The notes under the pieces were generated by a model. It was not told where the DNA came from and did no database searches. It worked only from the letters and a program-made list of their open reading frames with translations. The position numbers and the translations under genes were made by a program. Shown here piece after piece: positions 19,668-28,565 of a stretch of DNA of 64,000 nt. The stretch lies in contig CAVFEQ010000003.1 of assembly GCA_963621535.1 (NCBI GenBank), forward strand, positions 5,926 to 69,925. Direction: 5' to 3'. Numbering within the stretch: position 1 is the first letter of the stretch; each line of letters begins with the position of its first letter. Origin of the DNA: Paludibacteraceae bacterium (GTDB lineage: Bacteria; Bacillota_I; Bacilli_A; RFN20; CAG-826).

Positions 19668-20951
19668 ATGAAAAAGAAAATCGTCGTTGTTGGCTGCGGG
19701 GACCGCGCCACCGTATATTGTCAAGAAGGGGTGAATAACCTTAAAGGAATGGAAGTTGTCGCCTGCGTCGATCCGAATGAGGAAAGGCTAAGGTTCATGC
19801 ACGAACATTTCGCTGTGCCTTCTTCGATGTGTTTCCATAGCATCGAAGAAGTGCTGAAGCTAGGAAAAATCGGGGATGCGGTGATTAATGGCACGATGGA
19901 TACCTTGCACCTGCAGACCGCACTGCCTTTCTTAAAGCAAGGCTACCACATGCTTTTGGAGAAGCCTCTTACCAACAACAAAGAGGATCTTCTTTTGCTT
20001 AAAAAGGTGGCTGAAGAAAATAACGTCAAACTGATGACCTGCCACGTCCTCCGTTACGCGCCCTTCTATCGCAAAATCAAGGAAATGATCCTCAATGGAG
20101 AAATCGGCAGCATCCAAAGCATCGCCACTTCCGAACGCGTCGGCGCCTATCATTCCTCGGTGAGCTATCTCCGAGGCAAGTGGAGCAAGCAAAGCGAATG
20201 CGGCTCCTCCTTGCTTTTAGCAAAATGCTGCCACGATCTCGATTTGCTTTGCTGGCTCAATAACAGCACCAAGCCCGTTGAGGTCTATAGCAACGGAGGG
20301 AGAACCTATTTCACAAAGGAAAACGCCCCAAAGGGCAGCGGAAACCGCTGCCTTGTGGACTGCCCAAAGGAAATCAGAGACAAGTGCATCTACGAAGCGG
20401 AAGCGATGTATATCAAAAACACCGTTTTGCCTTGGTATCCTTGGCAGTGCACAGGGAAAAATTACGAGGACGTCACCGAGGAAGAGAAATACGAATCCTT
20501 GCGGACGAACAATCCGCACGGACGTTGCATCTTCAAATGCGACGGCGATTTGCTTGACCACCAAAACGTCGTGGTGAAATTCGCAAACGGAAGCACCGCG
20601 AGCCATCTTCTGGTTTTAGGCGCGATGAAGCCGACGCGGACGATCTTCATCACCGGGACGGAAGGCGAAATCGAAGGCGATCCTAGCGGGGAACTCATTC
20701 TCCGCAAATTCGACAAGAATAGCGATTTCTTCACCGAGACTAAGGTGAGCTTCGAAGACAAACAAGGCGAGACCGGCGGGCATTATGGGGGCGACAGGGG
20801 CCTTATCGCCGACTTCCTGAACGTTCTTTCAGGAGTTGTCCCGTCAATCTCTTGCACCGCGATTGAAGATTCCATCAATGGGCATTGCCTGGTCTATGGG
20901 GCCGACCAATCCATAGCCAGCCTCAAGCCTGAGAACATCGAAACCGAATGA
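19668..20951 (+). CDS. Gfo/Idh/MocA family NAD(P)-dependent oxidoreductase
   Basis: 427 aa. N-terminal Rossmann KIVVVGCGDRA and a central EKP motif (LLEKPLTNN). Cys-rich insert CLVDCPKEIRDKCIYEAE. Overlaps the next gene by 4 nt. Confidence 0.8.
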   Translation: MKKKIVVVGCGDRATVYCQEGVNNLKGMEVVACVDPNEERLRFMHEHFAVPSSMCFHSIEEVLKLGKIGDAVINGTMDTLHLQTALPFLKQGYHMLLEKPLTNNKEDLLLLKKVAEENNVKLMTCHVLRYAPFYRKIKEMILNGEIGSIQSIATSERVGAYHSSVSYLRGKWSKQSECGSSLLLAKCCHDLDLLCWLNNSTKPVEVYSNGGRTYFTKENAPKGSGNRCLVDCPKEIRDKCIYEAEAMYIKNTVLPWYPWQCTGKNYEDVTEEEKYESLRTNNPHGRCIFKCDGDLLDHQNVVVKFANGSTASHLLVLGAMKPTRTIFITGTEGEIEGDPSGELILRKFDKNSDFFTETKVSFEDKQGETGGHYGGDRGLIADFLNVLSGVVPSISCTAIEDSINGHCLVYGADQSIASLKPENIETE

Positions 20952-23140
20952 GTAAAATGAGCAAAGGAAGAATCACGATTCCCACCGATTCCACTTACGT
21001 CGAGGGGACGAAAAAATATATCGAGCTTTGGGGCGCCGACGCGGTGAGAGATTGTGACGGGGTCAGTTTGCCTAAAGACGTGAAGCAATTTGGCACAGAC
21101 GTCTATAAGGCTTATTTCATCGTAAGGGAAGACCACGATTATGCCTTGAAACATAAGGAATATTGGCAGAACGTCGCTTTGATGAGCCAAAGGAAGATTG
21201 CTTATGGAAACGAGCTCGTGATCGATTTGCTGGAGAACACGTTCAAAGACGCCCTCGAGCCCAACGAGACGGATTACCGCAAATGGTGGCAGGTCATCGA
21301 CCGAACGACGGGCCGCATTCACGAAGACTACGACTACCTAGGCTCAGGGAAAGTCCGCATCAATAGCTGCCTCCCCTACCACGAATACACGGTGAACTTC
21401 TTTGCCAGAAACACCTGGGACCCCGTGCAAATCTATAACTATCACGTGAACAATTGGACTTGCCCGAAAGACATCGATCTTGATCCGGTATATCCAGAAG
21501 CGCTTCAGCATATGCTTGAGAGAATGGAACTATGGCTGAAGGCGAATCCCGATGTAACGGTGGTCCGTTTCACTACTTTTTTCTATAACTTCTTCATTGT
21601 GAACGTCACCGGTACCAAGCAACGCATTTGGGACTGGCACTGCTATGCGATGAGCGCCTCCCCCGCGATGTTCGAATTGTTCAAAAAAGAAAAAGGCGTT
21701 GAAATGAGCCTGGAGGATCTAATCGGCGAGGGCTACTATTCCAACCGCTTCGTTATCCCCGGCAAGAAGCAGTTGGCTTACGAAGACTTCGTGGAAGAAA
21801 AATGCGCCGCTTGGGCAAAGCGATTCGTCGATCTGTGCCATAAATACAGCAAGAAAGCCTTGATGTTCGATGGGGATCATCGCGTTGGCGTGGAACCTTA
21901 TTCTCCTTATTTCCCCTCGATTGGGCTAGACGGGGTGGTCGGGGCTCCAAGCGGAGCCATCTACATCAGCCAAGTGGCGAATATCAAAGGAGTGAAATTC
22001 ACCGAAGGTAGGCTGAATCCTTATTTCTTCCCGAATGAATGCCCTAGCGACGAGAAAGGGAAGCAAATCCTTCTTTCTTGCTGGAACAACATGCGGAGAG
22101 GGCTGCTGAAGAAATCCATTGATCGCATTGGTTTTGGAGGATACCTCAAGCAAATCGAGAACTACCCTTTGTTGACTGCGGCAATTAAAGACGTATGCGA
22201 CGAATTCAGGGGCATCGCGGATGCTCTTGGCCATTCCTCTTGCTCTAGCAAAGGGAGGATCGCCGTGCTCAGTTACAGGGGCAGGCGCGATTCTTGGATG
22301 ATGAATGGGACGTTCGTCGACGATGCGAGGCAAGGGGGCTGCTACTACCATTCCCTTTTCGACGCTTTGGCGGTTTTGCCTTTTGAGGTCGAGTTCATTT
22401 CCTTTGAAGAAGCTTCCAAAACGGATTTAAGCACATACGACTGCCTTCTTTCTTGCGGGGTGCCGAATACGAGCTTCGCCGGAGGCAAGGCATGGGAGAA
22501 CCCTGAGCTTGTTTCCAATATCAGGAGATACGTGCACGAAGGGGGCGCCTTCTTTGGGGTCGGGGAGCCGACCGCCAGCCAACATCAGGGAAGGTTTTTC
22601 CAGTTAAGCGACGTGCTTGGCGTAGAGAAGGAATGCGAGTTCACCCATTTTGAGAAACGCAACCCATTCAAAACGTTAGAAAATCACTGGATTAAGGAGG
22701 ACGTGGATATGTCTTTGGTTGGTTATAACCGTTTCCAAAGAAACGTTTACCCCCTCACCGCGACGGTTTTGGCCAACGAATTCGATTGGGAATATCCAGA
22801 AGGCCAGCAAAATGCCGCGAACGTGCATTTTGCGATCAATGAGTATGGAAAGGGGAGAAGCGTCTATCTTTCTGGAATCACCTGTAACGACGAGACCATT
22901 CGTCTCTTATATCGCGCTTTCCTTTGGGCGATGAAGAAAGAAGACGAGACGAAGCGGCTTTATGCGTTAGCGAGCTCCGTGGATGTTTTCTATTATGAAG
23001 AGAAGCGGATGTACGCTTTGTACAACGATTCCGAAAAAGAAGTCGCGACAAGTTACTATGACCTGCAAGGAAATTTGAAGAACGTTTTCTTGAAAGGAAA
23101 AGAGATTGTCTGGCTGGACGAAAAGGGGCTGAAATTATGA
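20948..23140 (+). CDS. GH112 beta-galactoside phosphorylase (lacto-N-biose/galacto-N-biose or Gal-beta1,4-L-Rha phosphorylase family)
   Basis: 730 aa. Blocks recalled from Bifidobacterium LnpA are conserved: ELWGADAVRDCDG, WQVIDRTTGRI, HEYTVNFFA, WDPVQIYNY, VVRFTTFFYNF, GRFFQLSDVLGVEKE. Confidence 0.8.
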   Translation: MSKMSKGRITIPTDSTYVEGTKKYIELWGADAVRDCDGVSLPKDVKQFGTDVYKAYFIVREDHDYALKHKEYWQNVALMSQRKIAYGNELVIDLLENTFKDALEPNETDYRKWWQVIDRTTGRIHEDYDYLGSGKVRINSCLPYHEYTVNFFARNTWDPVQIYNYHVNNWTCPKDIDLDPVYPEALQHMLERMELWLKANPDVTVVRFTTFFYNFFIVNVTGTKQRIWDWHCYAMSASPAMFELFKKEKGVEMSLEDLIGEGYYSNRFVIPGKKQLAYEDFVEEKCAAWAKRFVDLCHKYSKKALMFDGDHRVGVEPYSPYFPSIGLDGVVGAPSGAIYISQVANIKGVKFTEGRLNPYFFPNECPSDEKGKQILLSCWNNMRRGLLKKSIDRIGFGGYLKQIENYPLLTAAIKDVCDEFRGIADALGHSSCSSKGRIAVLSYRGRRDSWMMNGTFVDDARQGGCYYHSLFDALAVLPFEVEFISFEEASKTDLSTYDCLLSCGVPNTSFAGGKAWENPELVSNIRRYVHEGGAFFGVGEPTASQHQGRFFQLSDVLGVEKECEFTHFEKRNPFKTLENHWIKEDVDMSLVGYNRFQRNVYPLTATVLANEFDWEYPEGQQNAANVHFAINEYGKGRSVYLSGITCNDETIRLLYRAFLWAMKKEDETKRLYALASSVDVFYYEEKRMYALYNDSEKEVATSYYDLQGNLKNVFLKGKEIVWLDEKGLKL

Positions 23141-24744
23141 GAAAGTGCAATTACACAAAGGTCATTGATAGTCATTTGGTGAAGGACGTGGATAGATTAT
23201 CCGCGAATTTTACCTCCGGAGAGCATATTTTCGTCGCCCCGGTTTGCTCCATCCAAAAGGGCGGTTATTTGATCCTAGATTTCGGCAAGGAGATTTGCGG
23301 AAGGGTCCATGTGGTCTTCGGCTTCTCGGAAAATTCAAAAATCAGAATCAGGACCGGGGAGAGCGTCGATGAAGCCTGCGCAGAGCTCAATGAGAAGAAC
23401 GCCGGGAATCACCATTCGTTGAGGGATGCTGTTTATCCCGTGGTCTTTTGGAGCGATTTCTCTACAAGCGAGACCGGCTTCCGTTTCGTGCGGATCGATG
23501 TTCTAGGCGAAGAGAAGGTGGATATAACCTCGATCTACGCCGAAGAAAGTGAGAACGGGCTTACCAAAAGGGGGTCGTTCCTTTCAAGCGATAAAAGGTT
23601 GAACGACATCTATGAGGTGGCTTCTAGGACCATTGAACTTTGCGTTCGTCCCGAAGCGATTTGGGACGGCGTGAAAAGGGACCGCGTGGCCTGGATTGGC
23701 GATTTCTATCCCGAACTGTTAAGCGCATATCTCATCTATGGGAACATCCCTCAGATGGAGAGCATGCTCGATTACGTTTCTTCCTTCGAAGGAAAATGGG
23801 TCAATAGCATCCCCGCCTATTCCGCTTGGTGGATCGTTTGCTTTGAGAAGTATTACCAGCTAAGTGGAAATGAAGCCTATCTGCAAAAGATGCTTCATTA
23901 TTTAAAAGACATCGTAAAGGAATTCTCCAAGATTATTTTCCCTGGCGGGAAGGTGTCTTTCGCCAATTCCACGCTTGGCTTCTTTGATGGGAACGAGCTT
24001 TTCCTTGATTGGCCAACCCACACGACCCCTGACGCGGAAATTGGCTGGCGTTACCTTCTTCTTTACGCGATGAAACGGGCGAGCGTTCTTCTTAGCTCCT
24101 TAGGCGAGGACGCGTCTTTAGCGGATAACATCATCAAGAACCTTAATGAATATTCCTATCCAGCGTCTTCCTTTAAGCAAGTGACCGCTTTAGGAGTGCT
24201 TGCTGGGAAAATCGACCCCAAGGAGGCCGCGCCTTTATTGAAAGAGGGCGGCGCGAAGGGCATGACCTGCTTCCTTAGCTTCGCTATTGTTGAAGCGCTA
24301 AGCTTGGCCAATGAAGGCGACGAGGCGCTTAATCTTATTAAAGAATACTATGGGGCGATGCTGGATTTGGGCGCGACAACATTTTGGGAAGATTTCGATG
24401 TCGATTGGTTAAATGACCATCCAGATGGCGTTTCCGCGCTACCGAACGCTAAGACCAAAAACATCCATGCGGATTATGGCAAATTTTGTTATTTAGGGCT
24501 GCGCCATAGCCTGTGCCACGGCTGGTCGACGGGCTTCCTTGATTTTTACGCATCCTATCTTCTTGGGGTCGTTGCTATAGAACCTGGCTACAAATCGATT
24601 AAAGTCGAACCGCATTTATGCGGACTGAGTTTCGTTGAGGGCACCATACCGACCCCTTATGGTGACATATGGGTCCATCACGAGAATAAAAAAGGCCAGA
24701 TTGAGACCTGCTTGAAGTGCCCGGAAGGCGTTGTGTTAAAATGA
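23137..24744 (+). CDS. six-hairpin glycoside hydrolase, alpha-L-rhamnosidase-like (GH78 catalytic and C-terminal domains only)
   Basis: 535 aa. DGVKRDRVAWIGD and SLCHGWSTGF motifs resemble the GH78 (alpha/alpha)6 catalytic domain. The usual N-terminal beta-sandwich domains are absent. 4-nt overlap on both sides. Confidence 0.55.
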   Translation: MRKCNYTKVIDSHLVKDVDRLSANFTSGEHIFVAPVCSIQKGGYLILDFGKEICGRVHVVFGFSENSKIRIRTGESVDEACAELNEKNAGNHHSLRDAVYPVVFWSDFSTSETGFRFVRIDVLGEEKVDITSIYAEESENGLTKRGSFLSSDKRLNDIYEVASRTIELCVRPEAIWDGVKRDRVAWIGDFYPELLSAYLIYGNIPQMESMLDYVSSFEGKWVNSIPAYSAWWIVCFEKYYQLSGNEAYLQKMLHYLKDIVKEFSKIIFPGGKVSFANSTLGFFDGNELFLDWPTHTTPDAEIGWRYLLLYAMKRASVLLSSLGEDASLADNIIKNLNEYSYPASSFKQVTALGVLAGKIDPKEAAPLLKEGGAKGMTCFLSFAIVEALSLANEGDEALNLIKEYYGAMLDLGATTFWEDFDVDWLNDHPDGVSALPNAKTKNIHADYGKFCYLGLRHSLCHGWSTGFLDFYASYLLGVVAIEPGYKSIKVEPHLCGLSFVEGTIPTPYGDIWVHHENKKGQIETCLKCPEGVVLK

Positions 24745-25658
24745 GAAAATTCATCGTCGACACCGACATCGGAGCCGATTGCGACGACATGGTCGCCCTT
24801 GCTTATTTATTGGGGAAAAGTTCAAAAAAGGAATGCGAGCTGCTTGCGATTACTTTAAGCACCGGGCGCGAGTTCGCCCCTAATTGCGCGCTTTCCCTTT
24901 TGAAAGAACGGGGGTTCACCTCGATTCCTGTTGGACAATATAAAGGGAATCCCTTGCCTTGTGACCGTTTTGACCATTACGCGAAGGCGTTATCAAAAAA
25001 GAATCCCATCAAAGTCGAAAACGCAACGACGCTCATGCGCTCCGTTTTATCTAGCAACGAGAAATGCGACATCATTTGCATCGGACCGCTCTGCAACATC
25101 GCCTCTTTTTTGAAAAGTCAGGCGGATGACATCTCTTCCTTGGACGGAATCAGCTTAGCAAAAGAAAAAATCGGGACCCTTTACCTTATGGGCGGCGCGT
25201 TCGATTTCGGGTCAGGGATTCCATTCCCGGAATGGAACATCGAGCAAGACATCGATAGCGCCCGTTTCGTTTTTGCCTCCTTTCCTCGCCCCATCAAAGC
25301 CATCCCTTTTGAAACGGGTGCAATCGTCAAAACGAGCATTGATTCTACCGAAGGAATTGTCCGCTCATCCATGGAAGCCTTCTTCGAAAGCATTCAAAAC
25401 CCTTCTTTGAAGAGCCGACCAAGTTGGGATCCTCTCACAGCGATGGTTTCACTTAACGAGGAAGGATTTCGTTTTTCCTCTACTGGAAAAATCTCAATTT
25501 CCCCTAAAGGCATCAGTGAGTTCCATGCTTGCGAAGAAGGGAACGCCTCTTATCTTCTGCTGAGCAACGATTTCCCAAAAATCGAAGCAAAACTGAACGC
25601 TTTTTTAAGCGAAATGCACACCTACAAAGGAGATACCGAAAATGAGAAAGATTTATGA
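24741..25658 (+). CDS. inosine-uridine-preferring nucleoside hydrolase family protein
   Basis: The start overlaps the upstream stop (ATGA). The N-terminal fingerprint FIVDTDIGADCDDMVAL matches the DxDxxxDD motif. Confidence 0.8.
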   Translation: MRKFIVDTDIGADCDDMVALAYLLGKSSKKECELLAITLSTGREFAPNCALSLLKERGFTSIPVGQYKGNPLPCDRFDHYAKALSKKNPIKVENATTLMRSVLSSNEKCDIICIGPLCNIASFLKSQADDISSLDGISLAKEKIGTLYLMGGAFDFGSGIPFPEWNIEQDIDSARFVFASFPRPIKAIPFETGAIVKTSIDSTEGIVRSSMEAFFESIQNPSLKSRPSWDPLTAMVSLNEEGFRFSSTGKISISPKGISEFHACEEGNASYLLLSNDFPKIEAKLNAFLSEMHTYKGDTENEKDL

Positions 25659-26514
25659 ACTCGGCTCCATCAACATGGATGTTTCCATTTGCGCCCCCAC
25701 CTTCCCCCAAAAAGGCGAGACGGTTAATGGGAATAATCTTAAGGTGAGCCTCGGCGGGAAAGGGGCGAACCAAGCGATTGCGATCACCAAAGCTGGCTAT
25801 CAGGTTTCTTTTTTAGCGAAACTCGGCGACGATGGTTATGGCAAAGAGGCCTTAGAAACAATTAAGGGATTCGGCTTGAATATCACCGATATTCAGATAG
25901 ACGAAAGCCACCCCACCGGCGTGGCTGTTATTTTGCTTAGCCAAGGAGACAACCGAATCATCATCGAGCATGGGGCGAATTACGCTCTTGGAGAAAAAGA
26001 TGTTGATGAATTTTTGCGACAAGCGAAAGCAAACGATATTTTCTTCACCCAATACGAAAATAGACCAGACATCGTTGCTTATGCCTTGAAGAAAGCCAAA
26101 AGCAAGGGGATGTTCACCGTTTGGAACCCCTCGCCAATCGGAGACTATTCTCCCGATCTTCTTTCCTGTGTTGACTTGCTTGTTGTGAATGAGAACGAAG
26201 CAAAGGCGATTTTATCCAAGGAAAAGGCGACTTCTTTAAAGGAATTGCCAGTAGGAGACATTTTGCTTACGCTCGGTGAGCAAGGTTCAAAATATTATCG
26301 TAAAGATGAGATGATTGAGATTCCGGCGAAGCGAGTGGAAGCAATCGACACCACCGGTGCCGGCGACACCTTTTTAGGCTATTTTTTAGCGTATTACGCC
26401 AGAGAGAAGCCATTAGAAACTTGTCTTCGCATGGCCACAAAGGCAAGCGCAATCGCCTGCACTAGACGCGGAGCCTCATCTTCGATTCCTTTGGATTACG
26501 AAGTGAGGAAGTGA
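25642..26514 (+). CDS. rbsK: ribokinase
   Basis: 290 aa. Both ribokinase signatures are present: VSLGGKGANQAIA (N-terminal) and DTTGAGDTF (C-terminal). 17-nt overlap with the nucleoside hydrolase gene. Confidence 0.85.
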   Translation: MRKIYELGSINMDVSICAPTFPQKGETVNGNNLKVSLGGKGANQAIAITKAGYQVSFLAKLGDDGYGKEALETIKGFGLNITDIQIDESHPTGVAVILLSQGDNRIIIEHGANYALGEKDVDEFLRQAKANDIFFTQYENRPDIVAYALKKAKSKGMFTVWNPSPIGDYSPDLLSCVDLLVVNENEAKAILSKEKATSLKELPVGDILLTLGEQGSKYYRKDEMIEIPAKRVEAIDTTGAGDTFLGYFLAYYAREKPLETCLRMATKASAIACTRRGASSSIPLDYEVRK

Positions 26515-26715
26515 TTCCTCAATACCGTTTCGTTCTCCTTTTTGCCAGTTGTTGAAGCTAAATCGTTTCTTCCGATTTCCTTTTCCCTTATAGCCCGAGC
26601 AACTTCATCCATGTCGGTTTGATGGTCGTTGCCCTTGTTCAAGTTCAACTGCTGAAAAAAATCCTCGCCGCCCCATCGAGAAGACCAAAAAGAGTTCAAA
26701 GGCGGGACAAGTAAG

Positions 26716-26738
26716 GCGGCCAAAAAGGCCGCTTTTTA
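26716..26738. terminator. bidirectional hairpin GCGGCC-AAAAA-GGCCGC followed by TTTTT
   Basis: Seen between the convergent rbsK (+) and FGGY kinase (-) genes. A T-run follows on the plus strand. Confidence 0.6.
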
Positions 26739-28295
26739 TTCGCGTTTAGAATAATGATAGAGATACTTAAGCTCGTCTTTTAGTTTCGGATATAACTTAA
26801 GGTAGACGTTTTTATAAAGCTTATCGTAGGTCGCCGCTTCTTCCGGGCGAGGCATAAACTCTTTCGCGGGATGGATCATTTCCGCCACCGCTTCCTTCGC
26901 GTCTTTGAAGGCGCCGATTGAGAGGAATCCGGAAATAGCAGCACCTAAGGAAGAATTCTCATTCGTCTGCACCTTAACGACTTTCTTTCCGAGAATATCG
27001 GCTGCAATTTGGCAGACCTCATCCGAGTTGGATCCACCTCCAGACACACGGATTTCTTTGAATTTGGTATGTAACAATTTCTCGAAGCGTTCCATGCCGA
27101 AGCGAAGCTCATAATCGATACCCTCTAATATCGCCCGATAGACATGGAACCTGGTCGTCATGTCGGAAAACCCAACGATGGTCCCACGGACTTCCGGTTT
27201 CTCAAGTTCAGAGCCCCAGTAAGGCTGAAGAATCAGCCCGTCGCATCCAGGAGGAACGTCTTTAAGATGTTCATTGAACACGTTCGGGGTCAGCTCATCC
27301 GACATCATTTCCTTTACTTGGGTGGCGCCGAACTCCTTCAAAAACCAATTAAGCATCCAATATCCGCGATAGATTTGGAGGTCCAAATTGTAATAATCGG
27401 GGAGAACAGAGGGATAAGCGGGGAGAAAAGGGAAGGGCGAGATGTATTTTTTGGTAAGGGCCTCAATCGTGCACGCCGTGCCGAAAGAAATAGAGGCAAT
27501 GGAATCATCGACGACGCCCGTCCCCAAAGTTTCGCAAGACTTGTCGCTCCCGGCGGCATAAACAGGAATGCCGCTTGGCAGCCCAAGAGCAGAAGAAGCC
27601 TCATCAGAAAGGTTTCCGATCTGGCTTTGGCTAGGGACTAATTCGCAAAGTTGGTCTTTTCTCACTGAGAAAATACGGCCTTGGAAATGTTTCATCGGGT
27701 CGGAATACCAAGACTTCTTTGAATAGTTAATCGGATAATGCCCCGTGAAATCAGAGGGGCAATCTTTAAGTCGGCCAGTCAGGCGATGTAAGAAATAAGT
27801 GGAAACTGCAACATATTTGTCCGTTTTGGCCCAGTTTTCAGGTTCGTTTTCTTTAACCCAGTTGGCCGCGGTCCTGATGCGGTTTAAATGAATGGTCTCG
27901 GTTTTGCCCACCAAAGCAAATAAAAAGCGAGAGGACCATGGAAGGGGATCTTTACACTTAGCGGTCCTTTGATCGAGCCAAAGGATCATTGGGCGGACGG
28001 GGTGAAAATCGGCATCGAGCAAAACGGCGGAATCACGAAAGCAGGTTTGGGTAATGCCGGCAATAAAAGGAACCAAGTTAGAATTTTTGTCGGCTAAACG
28101 CCTAACGGCTTTGCATAGGCAATCGAAATAATAATCAGGGTCTTGTTCGGCCCAACCGGGCTTAGGGGAAACATAAGCGGGGTCGTAGCTTTCCTTTTCG
28201 CCTGCTAGAAGGTTTCCTTTTTTGTCGAATATGCTGGCACGAACGGACTGGGTCCCAAAATCCAGAGCAAGAATCAAAGCGGAGTTAACGTCCAT
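26736..28295 (-). CDS. FGGY-family carbohydrate kinase (xylulo-/rhamnulo-/glycerol-kinase-like)
   Basis: N-terminus ALDFGTQSVRASIFD and the phrase GWAEQDPDYYF are typical of FGGY kinases. Start set at ATG 28295 (MDVNSALI) with an upstream AAGGA. Confidence 0.8.
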   Translation of the reverse strand: MDVNSALILALDFGTQSVRASIFDKKGNLLAGEKESYDPAYVSPKPGWAEQDPDYYFDCLCKAVRRLADKNSNLVPFIAGITQTCFRDSAVLLDADFHPVRPMILWLDQRTAKCKDPLPWSSRFLFALVGKTETIHLNRIRTAANWVKENEPENWAKTDKYVAVSTYFLHRLTGRLKDCPSDFTGHYPINYSKKSWYSDPMKHFQGRIFSVRKDQLCELVPSQSQIGNLSDEASSALGLPSGIPVYAAGSDKSCETLGTGVVDDSIASISFGTACTIEALTKKYISPFPFLPAYPSVLPDYYNLDLQIYRGYWMLNWFLKEFGATQVKEMMSDELTPNVFNEHLKDVPPGCDGLILQPYWGSELEKPEVRGTIVGFSDMTTRFHVYRAILEGIDYELRFGMERFEKLLHTKFKEIRVSGGGSNSDEVCQIAADILGKKVVKVQTNENSSLGAAISGFLSIGAFKDAKEAVAEMIHPAKEFMPRPEEAATYDKLYKNVYLKLYPKLKDELKYLYHYSKRE

Positions 28296-28565
28296 GGTTT
28301 TTCCTTTTTTCGCAACAAATGATAACACCGCAGAAAACCAGGCGCATTCCGTCAAAATACAAAAAGTCCTAAATTTGCACAAGTTTTTGTCAATTAACGA
28401 AAAGGTTCATGTTTATTTTAAGGAAAACGAGAATTGAAAGATTTGTCGTGAAACAAAACCAAACGCTTGTCTCGACGTTTTATTTTCAAAGAAAAGACCA
28501 TTGGAAGGTCTTTTTGTTGCCCAGCATTTCGTTCAAATCTAAAATAGGCCAGAAAAGAGCGAAAA

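Noticed and set aside
26496-26723. 75-aa minus-strand ORF in the rbsK/FGGY intergenic region
   Set aside because: No RBS, no recognisable features, and it overlaps the rbsK 3' end. Possibly a small protein, but there is no supporting evidence.
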